From Octopus bimaculoides (taxonomy: Eukaryota), in NCBI RefSeq assembly GCF_001194135.2, contig NC_068984.1:85950149-86000479 (forward strand): a stretch of 50,331 bases of DNA. Reading direction: 5' to 3'. The position numbers were made by a program, and so were the translations under genes. Below are positions 12,882 through 25,700 of this stretch, piece after piece. Positions within the stretch are counted from its first letter, which is position 1. The number at the start of each line of letters is the position of its first letter. Under the pieces are notes generated by a model. That model was given only the letters and a program-made list of their open reading frames with translations, did no database searches and was not told the DNA's origin.

Positions 12882-14505
12882 GTGCTGCCATATTTGTTTT
12901 TATGTGTATGATGTGCCAGTGACACATAAAAGGCACCGACTACACTTTTGGAGCTGTAGAAACCAAGCCAAAATCAGACTTGAAACATCTAACCTATGCC
13001 AGCTTGCTAATTGTATGCTAAATGATGATGATGATTAGAGGGTAGGTCTGTGTCAATCATGTTCATTTAATAATTTGTAATGCATCACTGTATCTGTATG
13101 TATATATATATATGTTTCTGTGTGTGCATGCATGCATTTATCTCCAGTAGAAAAACATACGCTCTCTAATACAACTTGAATGTCCAGCCAGCCATGCCAA
13201 ATCACTAGCGTGTAAACAGTCGTGCCAAATTGTCTCTTTCCAAATTCCAGAGAAAGAAATGCTTGAGGATATTTCAGTTTGAAAGTTTTTTTTATTATTT
13301 CTTCCTGATATTTATATCAGATCTTGTGGTAAATACAAGTGGTTACTGTTGTAGTTGTTGAAGTGAACTGGCAGCATTGTTGAAGTGTTGGACAAAATGC
13401 CTTGTGACATTTCATTATGGCCCTTTCTGTTCCAAGTTTAAAATCCCAAAGAAGTTGATTTGGTTTTTTTTTTTATCCTTTCAAGGTCAATAATATAAAT
13501 AATGAAACCATATTTCAAAACCCATTGAGTAAATATGCCCCCTACCAACAACATTTGAGGTTCTATGCCAATGTTAGAATCATTTGTGCCTGTAAGCTGG
13601 AGAAAATAGTTGAGAGCCTTTGATAGTTAGGATAAACTTGGATCTGTAGGGTTCTTTAATGGCTCTAGGTGGCTGTCACCCTATTTGGGTATCTCGTTTC
13701 ATTTCTTTTATACACTATTGTTTTTTACACATCTTGCTTCATAATCAATTCTACATAGGCATACTGTTGTTTTTGAAATTTTTGTAATGTTTCCCCACCC
13801 ATACCCCTTGTTACAGATAATAAAAGAAATTACAATTATTGCAGAGGTGTGATAAAATTAGTAAAAGCCAATATAAGTTAATTTCATTCCCTTTGTTTTT
13901 CAGTCAAACTTTGTCTTTTATCTTTCCAAGGTTGGCAAAACAAAGTACCAGTCATGTACTGGGATCTATATAATTGACTACACATCTCTTCTTCAAAATA
14001 TGTGGTTTTGTTGTTGTTGCTATTATTACCATGATGGAAAGCTGGCTGAATCATTTTGTCTGTGTTGGACAAAATGCATAGCAGCATTACTTTCAGCTCT
14101 TTACATTCTGAGTTCAAATGCTGTTGTGGTCATCTATGATTTTCATCCTTTATGGGTCAGTAAAATAAGTACCAGTTAAGCACTGGGGTTGATGCAGTTG
14201 ACTGCCCACTCCCTTTAAAAAAAATTTGTTTGCCTTTGTGTCAAAATTAGAAAGACTCATTATCATCATCATCATCAAAGCTGCAAGCTGGCAGAATCGT
14301 TAGCACGCTGGATGAATTGCTTAGTGGTATTTCGCCTGTCATTACGTTCTCAGTTCAAATTCTGCCGAGGTTGACTTTGCTTTTCATCCTTTCAGGGTTG
14401 ATAAATTAAGTACCAGTGAAACTCTAGGGTCAATGTAATTGACTAATTCCCTCCCACAAAATTTCAGGCCTTGTACCTTGAATAGAAAGGATTATTATTA
14501 TTATA

Positions 14506-14541
<36 letters not shown>

Positions 14542-17500
14542 GTTATACTTTGGTGATGGTGGAGTAGGAGGATTGATAGTGTATAAGAAAATGCTTTGTG
14601 GTATTTGGTTACCTCCCTTTACATTCTGAGTTCAAATCTTAACAGGTTTGACTTTACTTTGCATCGTGTTGGGAGTAGATAAAATAAGTATCTGTCTGGT
14701 ATTAGAGTTGGTATATTAAACCATCCCCAACCCCAAACTTGTTGCTTGTGTCTTAGTTAAAAATTGTTGTTTTTGTTATTACTATTGCATAAATTTTAAT
14801 TGTCAATTTCCTGATTTCCTATTCCCACCTTCTCACTTTTCTCCTTCTGCCTTTGCTTATTCTTTGAAGTGAGTGGAGTTAAATGAATCAGTTTTCTTTT
14901 GATGTAAAACCTATGTGTTATTCTGTCTTCTTAGCTGTGACTTTCTACAGACAAGCTGTACAATTGGTCCCAGATATTGAGTACCATGTGAATTATAACC
15001 CTGGAGTAAAATGCAGAGGTAAGAAATATTATGTATATTTTTACCACCTTCTTAATATCTTTAGTAAGCATAAGGGTAAAAAGATGTTGGTTTTTTTTTT
15101 TTAATAGCAGAAAAAGAACAGCAGCCCTCATGCTGTTTTTGCAGGACCTGTATGACTGATAAGTGAGAGGGGGTAAGATTTTGATATCCTCTTGCCAGAG
15201 GATAGGTCTGAATGCATGCAACAGAGTGGCTTCTGCTAAAGACACCCATGGTGCAGGTGGTGTCATTAAACTGATTGACAGATTATATATATTATCCAGT
15301 AAGTGAGGGCATGTGGCCGAGTGGTTAGGTTATTGCACTCATAATCATGAGCTTATGGGTTTGATTCCCGGGCCAGGCAGTGTGTTTTGTTCTTGAGCAA
15401 AATACTTCATCTCCCTTAGCTCTATGATCATTTTGACACTTGACTTGTGGCTCACTTGCACCGCTACAGGCAATGTCAATTTGATAAAGGGAGTGAGCTA
15501 ATGTGCAGCACAAGCATTTGATCGCTATAAACAAATTATCTGTGCAGGTTGTTCAGCAAGAAATTGCGGAACTGTCTTTTTACACTATAACAGCTACAAT
15601 CCCTTCCAATGAGTTTCTGTGTAGTTTTTTCCTTCTACCCACTTTCAGTAATGTTATCATTTCCCCTATCAACAAATCATCCACTTGCTTTGTACCTCTG
15701 AAAACACATGGAATAAGAGATCCCTTACTTTAAAACTAACAGGTGTTAGTAACAGAAAAGACATGTGAATTTAAATCAGTGCCTCTATAATATATATATG
15801 TCTAACCCATGCTAGCATTGAAATGTATAAAAGTGAATTCTTTAATGACAGCAAAATAATACATGTCATTTAGTAAATCTGAAATAGAATTCATAAAAAG
15901 AAAACAGTCTTTTTCCCTTTTTTTTTCTCTATTTCACTGTTCTTTAATGGAATTGAAGGTTTGTCTCGTATATTAAAAATCTTTACGACCATATAATGAT
16001 ACTTATTGTAACAATTGCTGTCTTTACAGAAAGACAAGTTAGTGAAACTTCAATTGGCAGCAAGTAAGTAAGTTCTTGTATGGTTCTCTTTGTAGAATTG
16101 TAACTTTGTTTTCTTTGAGCCCCTATGGCTAAGAAAAAAATTATTATTATGTTAATTATGAATTTTTCTTCTTTCAGTTTTCTTTCCATTTCTTGCCAAA
16201 TATCTTCCCAACTCCTAGGGCAAATTATTGTTATTATAATAATAATAATAAGGATGATGATGATGAATAATATGTATTGCTTCAGCAATACATATACTAA
16301 AACTGGAACAATACAGAGAAGATTAGCATGGCCCCTGCACAAGGATGGCATACAAATTTGTGAAGTGTTCCACATTTTCTAAGGTGGCGAGCTGGCAGAA
16401 TCGTTAGCACACTGGGCAAAATGCTTAGTGGTATTTCATCCATCTTTATGTTCTGAGTTCGAATTCCACCAAGGTCAACTTTGCCTTTCACCCTTTCAGG
16501 ATCAATAAATTAAGTACTAGTCAAACCCTAGGGTTGATGCAATTGACTAGTCCCTGCCCCCAAAATTTCAGGCCTTGTATCTATTGTAGAAAGGATTATT
16601 ATTATTATTATTATTAATTGGTTGGGGTCTTAGAGTGCCTGCCAAAATACTTTGTGATATTTTCTATGGCACTTTACATTCTGAGTTCAAATCCAGCTGA
16701 GGTCACCTTTGCTTTTCATTTTTATATAGTCAATGAAATGAAGTACTAGACAATTTACCAGGGTCAATTTAATCGACTGAATTTTTGGTATTGCACCTAC
16801 ATGGAAAAAGGTTAGCAGTCGTGAAGTGCTTTGATCTGGTCTAGCTGGAGGGTCACCTCTCATGTATGAGAGGATGCCTTAAATGTTTACTATGTTTTTT
16901 AATCTGTCTTCTTTTTAATTCTATTAGGTTTTTATATAATTATCTATTTATTTGGTATATTTAATTTATTACCTCCATCAAGGAAGGAGGTTATGTTTAC
17001 ATCGGCGTTGGTTTGTCCGTCTATCTGCAAAATAACTCAAAACGTTGTGAACGGTATTTGACAAAACTTGCAGGAAAAGTTGGTAATGACACAAGGAATA
17101 GATGATGAAATTTTGGTAGTGATCCGGGAATTTTTATGGATTCTTGAAGGATTTTTCATTTGTTATATTTACTTTACATGGAGCATTACGATGTTACGTT
17201 CTTTGATTATCTCCCTTGAAAACACGTTCATCGTTTGCACATATCCTATGGTGACATTGCTGTTTCCGAAGTTTATTTTCGTTTCTCTATTAGAATTTTT
17301 ACTCACATATCCATCTTAAAATGAGCTGTTTGGTGGAGGTCTGTGGAGGATGACATGACAGGCCTTGACTATTGGGATCGACTCAAAAAGCTCAGGTTTT
17401 GTTCCCTCCACCACTGCTGTGAGCTCTATATCATCTGTATGATGTGGAGAACATTCCATCAACATTGCCCATCTTTAAAATTCGTCCGAGGCTTGGCCCC

Positions 17501-20500
17501 CGTGCCATCCGTCCATTACAGAAATGTTCATGTCTTATCACAACACTATGACAACTATTTCACCTCAATTGGCCCTGCTCTCTTCAACATCATGCCAGAC
17601 ACACATAAAGGAGGAAAGTGACTTCACGGCATTCAAACGATCTCTAGATGATTACCACCAACAAATACCAGATAAACCACCCACACCCAGATATGTCTCT
17701 GGAAACAATAACCCTCTGCTTGAATGGGCTATGGTTCCCCAGAGCTGACTATGTATCTCTTCCAGGTGGTGCTATTAAATTAGACATGGCCTGAGTCAAC
17801 TTCAGCCGAAACTTATCTAAGTAATCTAATTTATGCTGTAACCTTTTAATCAAAGCAGGACAACGTGAGTAGAGGCTGATATCTTAACATTTCTGATGGT
17901 ATAAAAATAAATTATCAAAGATTTATGTGTTTGTGTGTCTGTGTTTGTCTCCCCCAACATCGCTTGACAAACGATGCTGGTGTGTTTATGTCCCCGTAAC
18001 TTAGCGATTCAGCAAAAGAGACCGATAGAATAAGTACTAGGCTTACAAAGAATAAGTCCTGGGGTCGATTTGCTCGACTAAAGGTGGTGCTCCAGCATGG
18101 CCACAGTCAAATGACTGAAACAAGTAAAAGAGTAAAGAGTATAGAACTACATTCAGAGTATGTCTATAAGCTATTGTGTTTAGACCTGGTTTCTATCCTC
18201 AAACTGTTCCGTTTTGTAGATGCAATTTTTTTGTTTTTTTAATAAAGCACTCCGAAATTAGAAAAATCAAAAATCTGCAACAATCTTGGTCCCATGAGTA
18301 TCGGATAATGGATTTTCAACTGTGTAAAGAAACTGATTGTGGTGATCGTAGTTTTGACAGTGATTGTGGTAAAAGCAGAGACAGTGTTGATGATGACGAT
18401 GGTCGAGATAAGTATGGGAGGAGGATAAAATAGTATCAGTGGTTATAATGGCGACAGGAGCGGTGTGATGTGTGATGCTGAGGGGATGGCAGTAGTAGTG
18501 GTGTTGATGATAGTGTTAGTTGTGTGATGGTGGTATTGTAGTGGTTATACTGGTTGTGGTGGTGAAAGTGACTGTCAAGGTAACCGTCATGATAATATTG
18601 ATGGCAGTGTATGTCATTGAAGTGGAAGCAATGACAATGCTGCTGATGATGTTGGTGGTTGTGGTAGTGATTGTGATATGGTGGTAGTGGTGGTCGTCGT
18701 CGTTGTCGTCATCGTAGTGCTGCTCCTGTTGGTTTAGCGGAGGTCTGCGCTCTCCGAGTGCTTTTCTAGTATCTAATTTTTAAAGTTTAATTGTTTATTG
18801 TGTAATGTTTCAGACCCATCCCACATTAGTAATCCTTATACCATATGAATAGGCTCTTGGCTAAATCGTTAGAGCCAATATCTGATGGTTGTGAAGGGTA
18901 TGCATCACTTGGTTGGCCTGAATTGTGAGGCAGAGTGGCAGTCGTTTTAGAATGGTTTGGATCTTGAGTTATGGATGATCTTAATGGACCTGGACGGAAA
19001 GTTGGTGATGTTGGATGTAAGGAGCAGTGCAGATAGTTACTTCAGTCTAGTAGCTCTTTATCTCTGGGGTAACCTGAGTTTCTAGAAGCTTCCTTGAGAG
19101 CATTCCATTCATTAGTCATTGTGGGAAACTGGAATAATATTTCAGATGCACACAGTGATTGTATAAGGTTAACCAGTAAAGATGGGATTGTAAAAGTCTT
19201 ACAAACTTGCTCAGTTCAACTGTCAGAAATGTACTGACTAGATTTACCGAATGTAGACATCAATGAAGCAACTGCGTCAAGTTATCTAGTTAGGATATTT
19301 GCTCAGTCAGCTGATAGTGTATGGTGGTCATGATTTAAAATGATTGGCTACATGGACCACATATCTGGGATCTGCTCAAACCATCTAGATAGAATGCCAA
19401 GAGAGAGAGAGAGAGAGATCCAGTTATTGAAAGATAGATGTCTTTCTTGGTACACAAAGAACTTCAGTGACCAGATTAATGAACTAAGTAGCAGTTGACA
19501 AAGGTAACCATCAACAGCCAGTGAGTATGTCTAACAAAGTGTATTAAAATACTGTAAAATGTTGGCACGTGTTGGCTTAATATAATCACTCTAATGTTAG
19601 AATGACCATCTTGTAGCTTCTAGCATATAATATGTTGATATCTTGGCTTATATGTTATGTAGTTTCCTAAGAGAAATCACTGCACTGAATTAGCTGTAGC
19701 CCCATGTTAACTCTGTACAGATCTATAATGTGTTAAGTATCTGTGTATGATCCAAAGATCTATTATTCTAGATGTATTATGCACCCATCTAGCTGAGGAC
19801 CATGCTACACATTACAACATACTGAAATGTCAAACTGACAGGAAATGGAGGAGTGTTTACAGTTCTGAGGTTAAGTATTTAATTAACATAAGCTAGTTCA
19901 GTAATTTATATAGTTTTGGATGTTATGAATAACTTAAAAACTCTGCAATCAGGGTATTTAGATGATTTACAGAGCTAAGGCTAAAATAGTTTGAAGTACA
20001 GCTCTAAGATTAAACTAGCTTTCCTATAATAAAAGTAATATATTTATATTAATTTTTAAGTTACAGAAGTCATGAACTTTTCACTTGCTTTCTTTTTCGT
20101 TTTTGATGCACAAACACACTCACACACTATGATAATGATGAATGTTCTTGAAAGGTGTTTCATGTTATTTATTCTAGTGCATCTGTTGAGGATGTGGAAG
20201 AAGGGAACTTGTTGGCCTTGCTGAGTCGTTTGCAAGCATCCGAGAATGTCATTTGCTCACCTGCTTCTGAACAAAGAGTATGAATATTTTCCTGTTGTGC
20301 ACGTTGTTTTTTTTTTTTGTTTGTTTACTTTAGTTATGATTCAGCTTGCAGTAGCTCAGGTTACATAGAGCCTATTAGATAAAATGTTACCATCCATAGC
20401 TGTCAATCCTCTATCACCAATACAACTCATTAATGTTTCTGAAACTAACAAAGAATCTAATAAACTTCCATATGTGTAGAATATGTAAACAATTCATAAT

Positions 20501-22695
20501 TCATATGTAGCAGGAAGGCTTAACATAATTCATTAGAAAATGTTATATAACTGAATAATAGGCGAGTTTGATATTTTCTTAAGTCAGTGTATTACATTGA
20601 TTCTGGAAGATAAAAAAAGCTAAAAGATTCTAACTGTAATGTTGACATGAAAAAAAGAAGTACCTGTTGCTACCTTTTCTGAAGATGTTTTATTTATTTT
20701 ATACAGGCTACCCATATTTCTTCTTTGCCTGTAGAAGTTGTCATGTATATTTTCAAGTGGGTTGTATCAACCGATCTTGACACCAGGTCCCTAGAGCAGT
20801 TGTCACAGGTTAGTACCTTTGTTTCTTTCTCTTTTTATTCTCAGATTGTATCTAAAAGTTCAAAATGTCATAAAATTCATGTGATCTCCTTAAAGAAATA
20901 GTAAAATCTGGAATACAAGGAAATTTGTTGTGATCATTGTCAGCAACAGTTCAAAGGAGAGGTTATAGAAGATTTTGTTTAGTTAAATTGCCATGAGAAG
21001 TGAATAATCTAATGTTTTAGGCTTTCGTCCTTTATCTCAGAGTGAGAGAACAATGGAAAGTGGTGTTGGCACAGTCATTTTGCTGGCTTACAACCAAAGT
21101 AGCAACACCAATGACTTTTCCTCACTCTCAGATGAAAGACAAGGGCACGAAACATAGATACTTCATTCACCACACTCTGTCGGCAAGAAGGATAGTGCCT
21201 GTGACCCTTTTCTGGGCCTTTGAGACTATTGGAAGGGAGGGAGGAAGTTATCCTCATCTGAAAACTGTCATCCAGATACTTGCAACAGAGTGGATTCTAT
21301 TTAAAGTACCAGAGGACTAGGTGATGGTGTTAAACCAAGCAATGAATTGAATTTATCACCCAAATAGGCCACAGTGAAATTTGAACTAACTGCAGTGCAT
21401 TCCATAACTCTCTAGCAATTCTACTGGTCTGCTTCCCTGGACTGACACTTTATCTATCCTGAAAAGACATAGTTGACATTGGTGGAAATCGAACCCAGAA
21501 CACAAGAAACTGGAATAATGAAAAGCATTTCATCCACCATCCTAGCACCCATGCCAATTCACTGTCTAAACTTTCCATATAAATCTCTCTTCAAATAAAT
21601 AATTATTTCTTTAATCCTCTTCGTACCAATGTCACATGTATTCTACAGCAGAAAATCTTGTTTTATATTTAAATTAAAACCTTCGATCATAATGTTTTGT
21701 TAAACTTAAAACACCAGCTTAATTAATGGAGAAATAGAAAGTAGTTTATTAAACAAGCTAATTATTCTTGATTATTTTCAAAATTAATTGAAGCATATAT
21801 AGGTAGTGTATTTTATTAAAATAGGGTCACGAAGGGAGTTAATTCAATAAGAGCCAGTTCTAACTGAATGACTTGGTTCCTGCTAAACCAAATATGAGTT
21901 CAAGTTCCACTAAGGTTGACTTCACTTGCTATCTTTTCAGGGGTTGATAAAATAAGTACCAGTTAAGCACTGATTCAATGTAATCAACTGTCCCCTTCCC
22001 TCAAAATTTTAGACCTTGTTCCTGTAGTTGAAAGGATTATTATGATAATTATTCAAGAGAGAGAGAGAAAAATTTTTACAAAATTATGACCCAAATTAAA
22101 TGTCCTACATTTATTTTGATACCCTGTTTTTATTGCATTCAAATCACACTGGCATTGATTTTGATTTTCATCTAGCTTAGGATAAATTAAAAGTAAAAAA
22201 AAAAACTATCAGTAGTATATTATAGCTAGGTAAATTAAATAGCGTTTGGTTTGAAAAAAAAGTCTCCTTCATTAAAAAAGTACCCATTAGTATTGTGATT
22301 AATTTCTATTGATAACACCATTGTAACAAATATATTTAAAAAATCACTATTTCCAGGTGTGCCGTGGTTTCTATGTATGCGCACGAGATGAAGAGCTTTG
22401 GAAACTGGTTTGCACCAGGTTTGTACTCACAGATTTTTTTTACCATTTTTCCATTCTGCTGTTATGACATTTTATTTTCTTTGGTTATGGATATTACCTT
22501 TTCTGTGACTTCTCAGATCATGAATTAACTCCCAAGTGTATTATTCTATTAATTCCTAAGTAACTATTATTCACTCCCAAAATAGTCTTTTAGTCTCACA
22601 ATAATCATTATTATTAACTCCCATGGTAACTATTAGTCTATTACTCTTACAGTAGCCATTTTTATTGATCTCAAAATTTACTTGTCTATTAATCC

Positions 22696-22768
<73 letters not shown>

Positions 22769-25700
22769 CTCTCTTTCTCCTCTTGCTCAATGGGACTGGC
22801 GTCATCCAAGATTAGCAGTCCCTGAGGTGCAATTGTGCTTAGAGCCAACCAGGTCCACTAGTGCTCCTCATCACTGACAGTTCTGTGCCAGCCCTTCTGC
22901 ATCCTCCAAGGTGAAATTTTGAGCCTCTGGAGATTTTTCTTAATCACATCCAGCCATCTGGTGTGAGCCCTGCCACAAGGCCTCTTCCAGCCTACAGCTG
23001 CTGTGTTGAGTGAGAGTGAGGCTCTTGTAGGATGATAATTATTATACTGATAATTTTAAAGACATCTACTTGCACACAATTTTCCACTTACATTTTCTTT
23101 ACTCAGACTATCCTGTTTGTCTTAGAGTATAAATTAAATACTATTTTTTGTACTGATGTTAATGGTTTAATTCATAAAAGGTGAAAAAACAACTTGTAAA
23201 ACCATTTAGAGTAGCAGTTGAATGAACAAGAAAGTGATAACTTGTTTGCTGATGGTTTAATGATTAGTAGATTGTGTATACTGTTTATATTAGTTTCAAA
23301 GTTTGGGAGAGGAAGTAAGTCGATTACATTGACCCCCGTGCTCAACTGGTACTTATTTTATCGACCTCAAATGGATGAAAAGCAAAGTCAACCTTGGTGG
23401 CATATGATCTCAGAACATAAAGACAGACAAAATACCACTAAGCATTTTGTCCGGCATGGTAACAATTTTGCCAGCTCACTGCCTTGTATATTGTTTATAT
23501 TAGTCAGATTGGTGTCCTCATCTTGAATTTTACTTTGACTACATTTTAGTTGTATGCTCCAGCTTACTTCAGGTGTCTTATGTTGAACTCAGTTGTTATA
23601 TTGCATTTCATACCTAACCCTTTATTTGATCCATAGGGAAACACTGTTCTCATTCCACTCTCTGTGTCTTGTGACATTTTTATTTGCTTTAGTTGAATTA
23701 TGCGAATTAGCTTAGTGCCTTGCTTGAGATTGAACTCAGAAACTCTAGGTGAGTACACTGCTTTAGCCAATGTCTTTATCCACTATGCTATGCCTGGGCA
23801 TAAAGGCAATCCTCAGCTCTGTTGTGGTATTAAGCAAATGACAGATGAATTTTATCTCTTTTGAAAGGATACAAATCTGTTTCAGCATTTGAAATAATCA
23901 GAAACTCTTTATTTTAGGCAATTTTTGTGAATTGAGTTATGTAAAAACAAATGTAAAGCTCAAATAAAACCACATTCATAGTGTGTGAACTCAAGATCTA
24001 TACTATAGTCCATTTATCTTTTAGTTTCCACTTAGCTGCCTTCAGATACCATAGGATGTTCCCTCTGTAAGTAGTAGAATCACAATAGGAATGACAAGTG
24101 TTTTTTAGTTTATAATGCTGAGCTCAAATTTTTTCTGGTTGATCATGTAAGCTTTGTCAAACTGATATGATCCTAATACACAACAAGCCATGGAACTAAT
24201 ATATCTATGTGACCTATTGGGCAATAGAAGCCTTCATACTTTGGCTCTAGTGGAACTGCTTATAGTTCTTTGAAGTACAACAATAATAACACTCAAACTA
24301 AGTATTTTTTGACAGGTCTGCCATGATTAAATAGACCAAAGTAGTTCTCTGATGTAAACTGAAGGATCACGTAAACTGATAGTTAATTTAAGGAAAGTGA
24401 ATAGCTCAGTTTCATTTCTCTCTCTTTCTTTCTCAAGTACACTCACCTACAACTATATTCTTATTGTTTTTTAAGGATGTTTAATGGTGTCAATTGCAAA
24501 AACTGTAAGAAGTATGGCTCCTGGAGGCAGATGTTCTATCAAAGACCTCACCTTCGATATAATGGTAAATTTTATCTTTTTGTTTATTTTCTAATTTCAT
24601 AAAGGTTGTAGAAAAAATTTAGGATGGAAAACACACCAGAATCACCTTGCCTATAAAGCAGTTGTACAAGTGTTCAAGACAAGATGTTTTTAGGGATGTG
24701 TGTATATACCAGCAATACTGTGTTATTTGGTACCCTAACAACATTGCCAATTTGCTGGTCTGGCTGTGTTGTAAGAAGTTTACTTTTCAGCCATGTGGTT
24801 CTGGGTTCATCCCACTGCATGGCACCTTGAGCAAATGTCTTCTATTATAGCCCCAGACTGACCAAAGCTTGTGAGTGGATTTGGGAGATGGAAACTGAAA
24901 GAAGCATGTTATGTGTGTTTGTTTGTGTCTGTGATTGTCTCCCACCACCACTTGACAACTAATTTTTGTGTGGTTGTATCCCTGTAACTTAGCAGTTCTG
25001 CAAAAGAGACCTATAGAATAAGAACCAGGCTTTAAAAAAAGAATTACTCAAGTTGATTCATTAAACTAAAATTCTTCTAGGCAGTGCCCCAGCATGGCCA
25101 CAGTCTGATGGCTGAGACAAATAAAAGATAAAAAATGTGTGTGTGTCATCATCATCATTTAATGTCTGCTTCCAAAAAATGGTATAAGAATGCAACATGC
25201 GACAATAAAACATCTGGACACACAGATAACACAAAGACAGACAGGAAAAAACAGGGATGGGTCATTCGCAGCTGGGCCCAAAGATCCAAGTCAAGACCAC
25301 TAAAGTTTTTGAGAGAAAGCAGGCAAATGTGTATGACAATAAAGACAAAAAATTACAAATACAAACAACAGGTGTCTTTCAACCAATAAGGTCGAATCAA
25401 GTTGAGAGAAGGCCTTAAGGTAGGAACATAGGAAATGAATATTAGAGATGAAAGTCATGAGACAGGAATATGAGAGATGCTTTGCAGCTGGCAGTGAAAC
25501 CAAGAAAGAAAGATCATATTTAGCGGAACACTGGTCACATGGAAGGAAAGGAGAGGGATTGAAGAATTAGGGGAAGAACAAGAAAGAGAGGAAATCAGAG
25601 CGACATAGAGAAAGGTACAAGGATGATAAGGAGGGAAAGTAGGGAGATTAAAGAAAGAGAAGGCCAAGAAATGTGAGAAAGGAGAAAAAGAAAGGCAGAA

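Noticed and set aside
16064-16073. Alternative donor at 16068 for exon 5
   Set aside because: It would add an in-frame TAA; the 16064 donor keeps the frame.
16274-16378. Functional U6 gene
   Set aside because: No external PSE/TATA promoter, systematic CpG decay, and fusion to a SINE.
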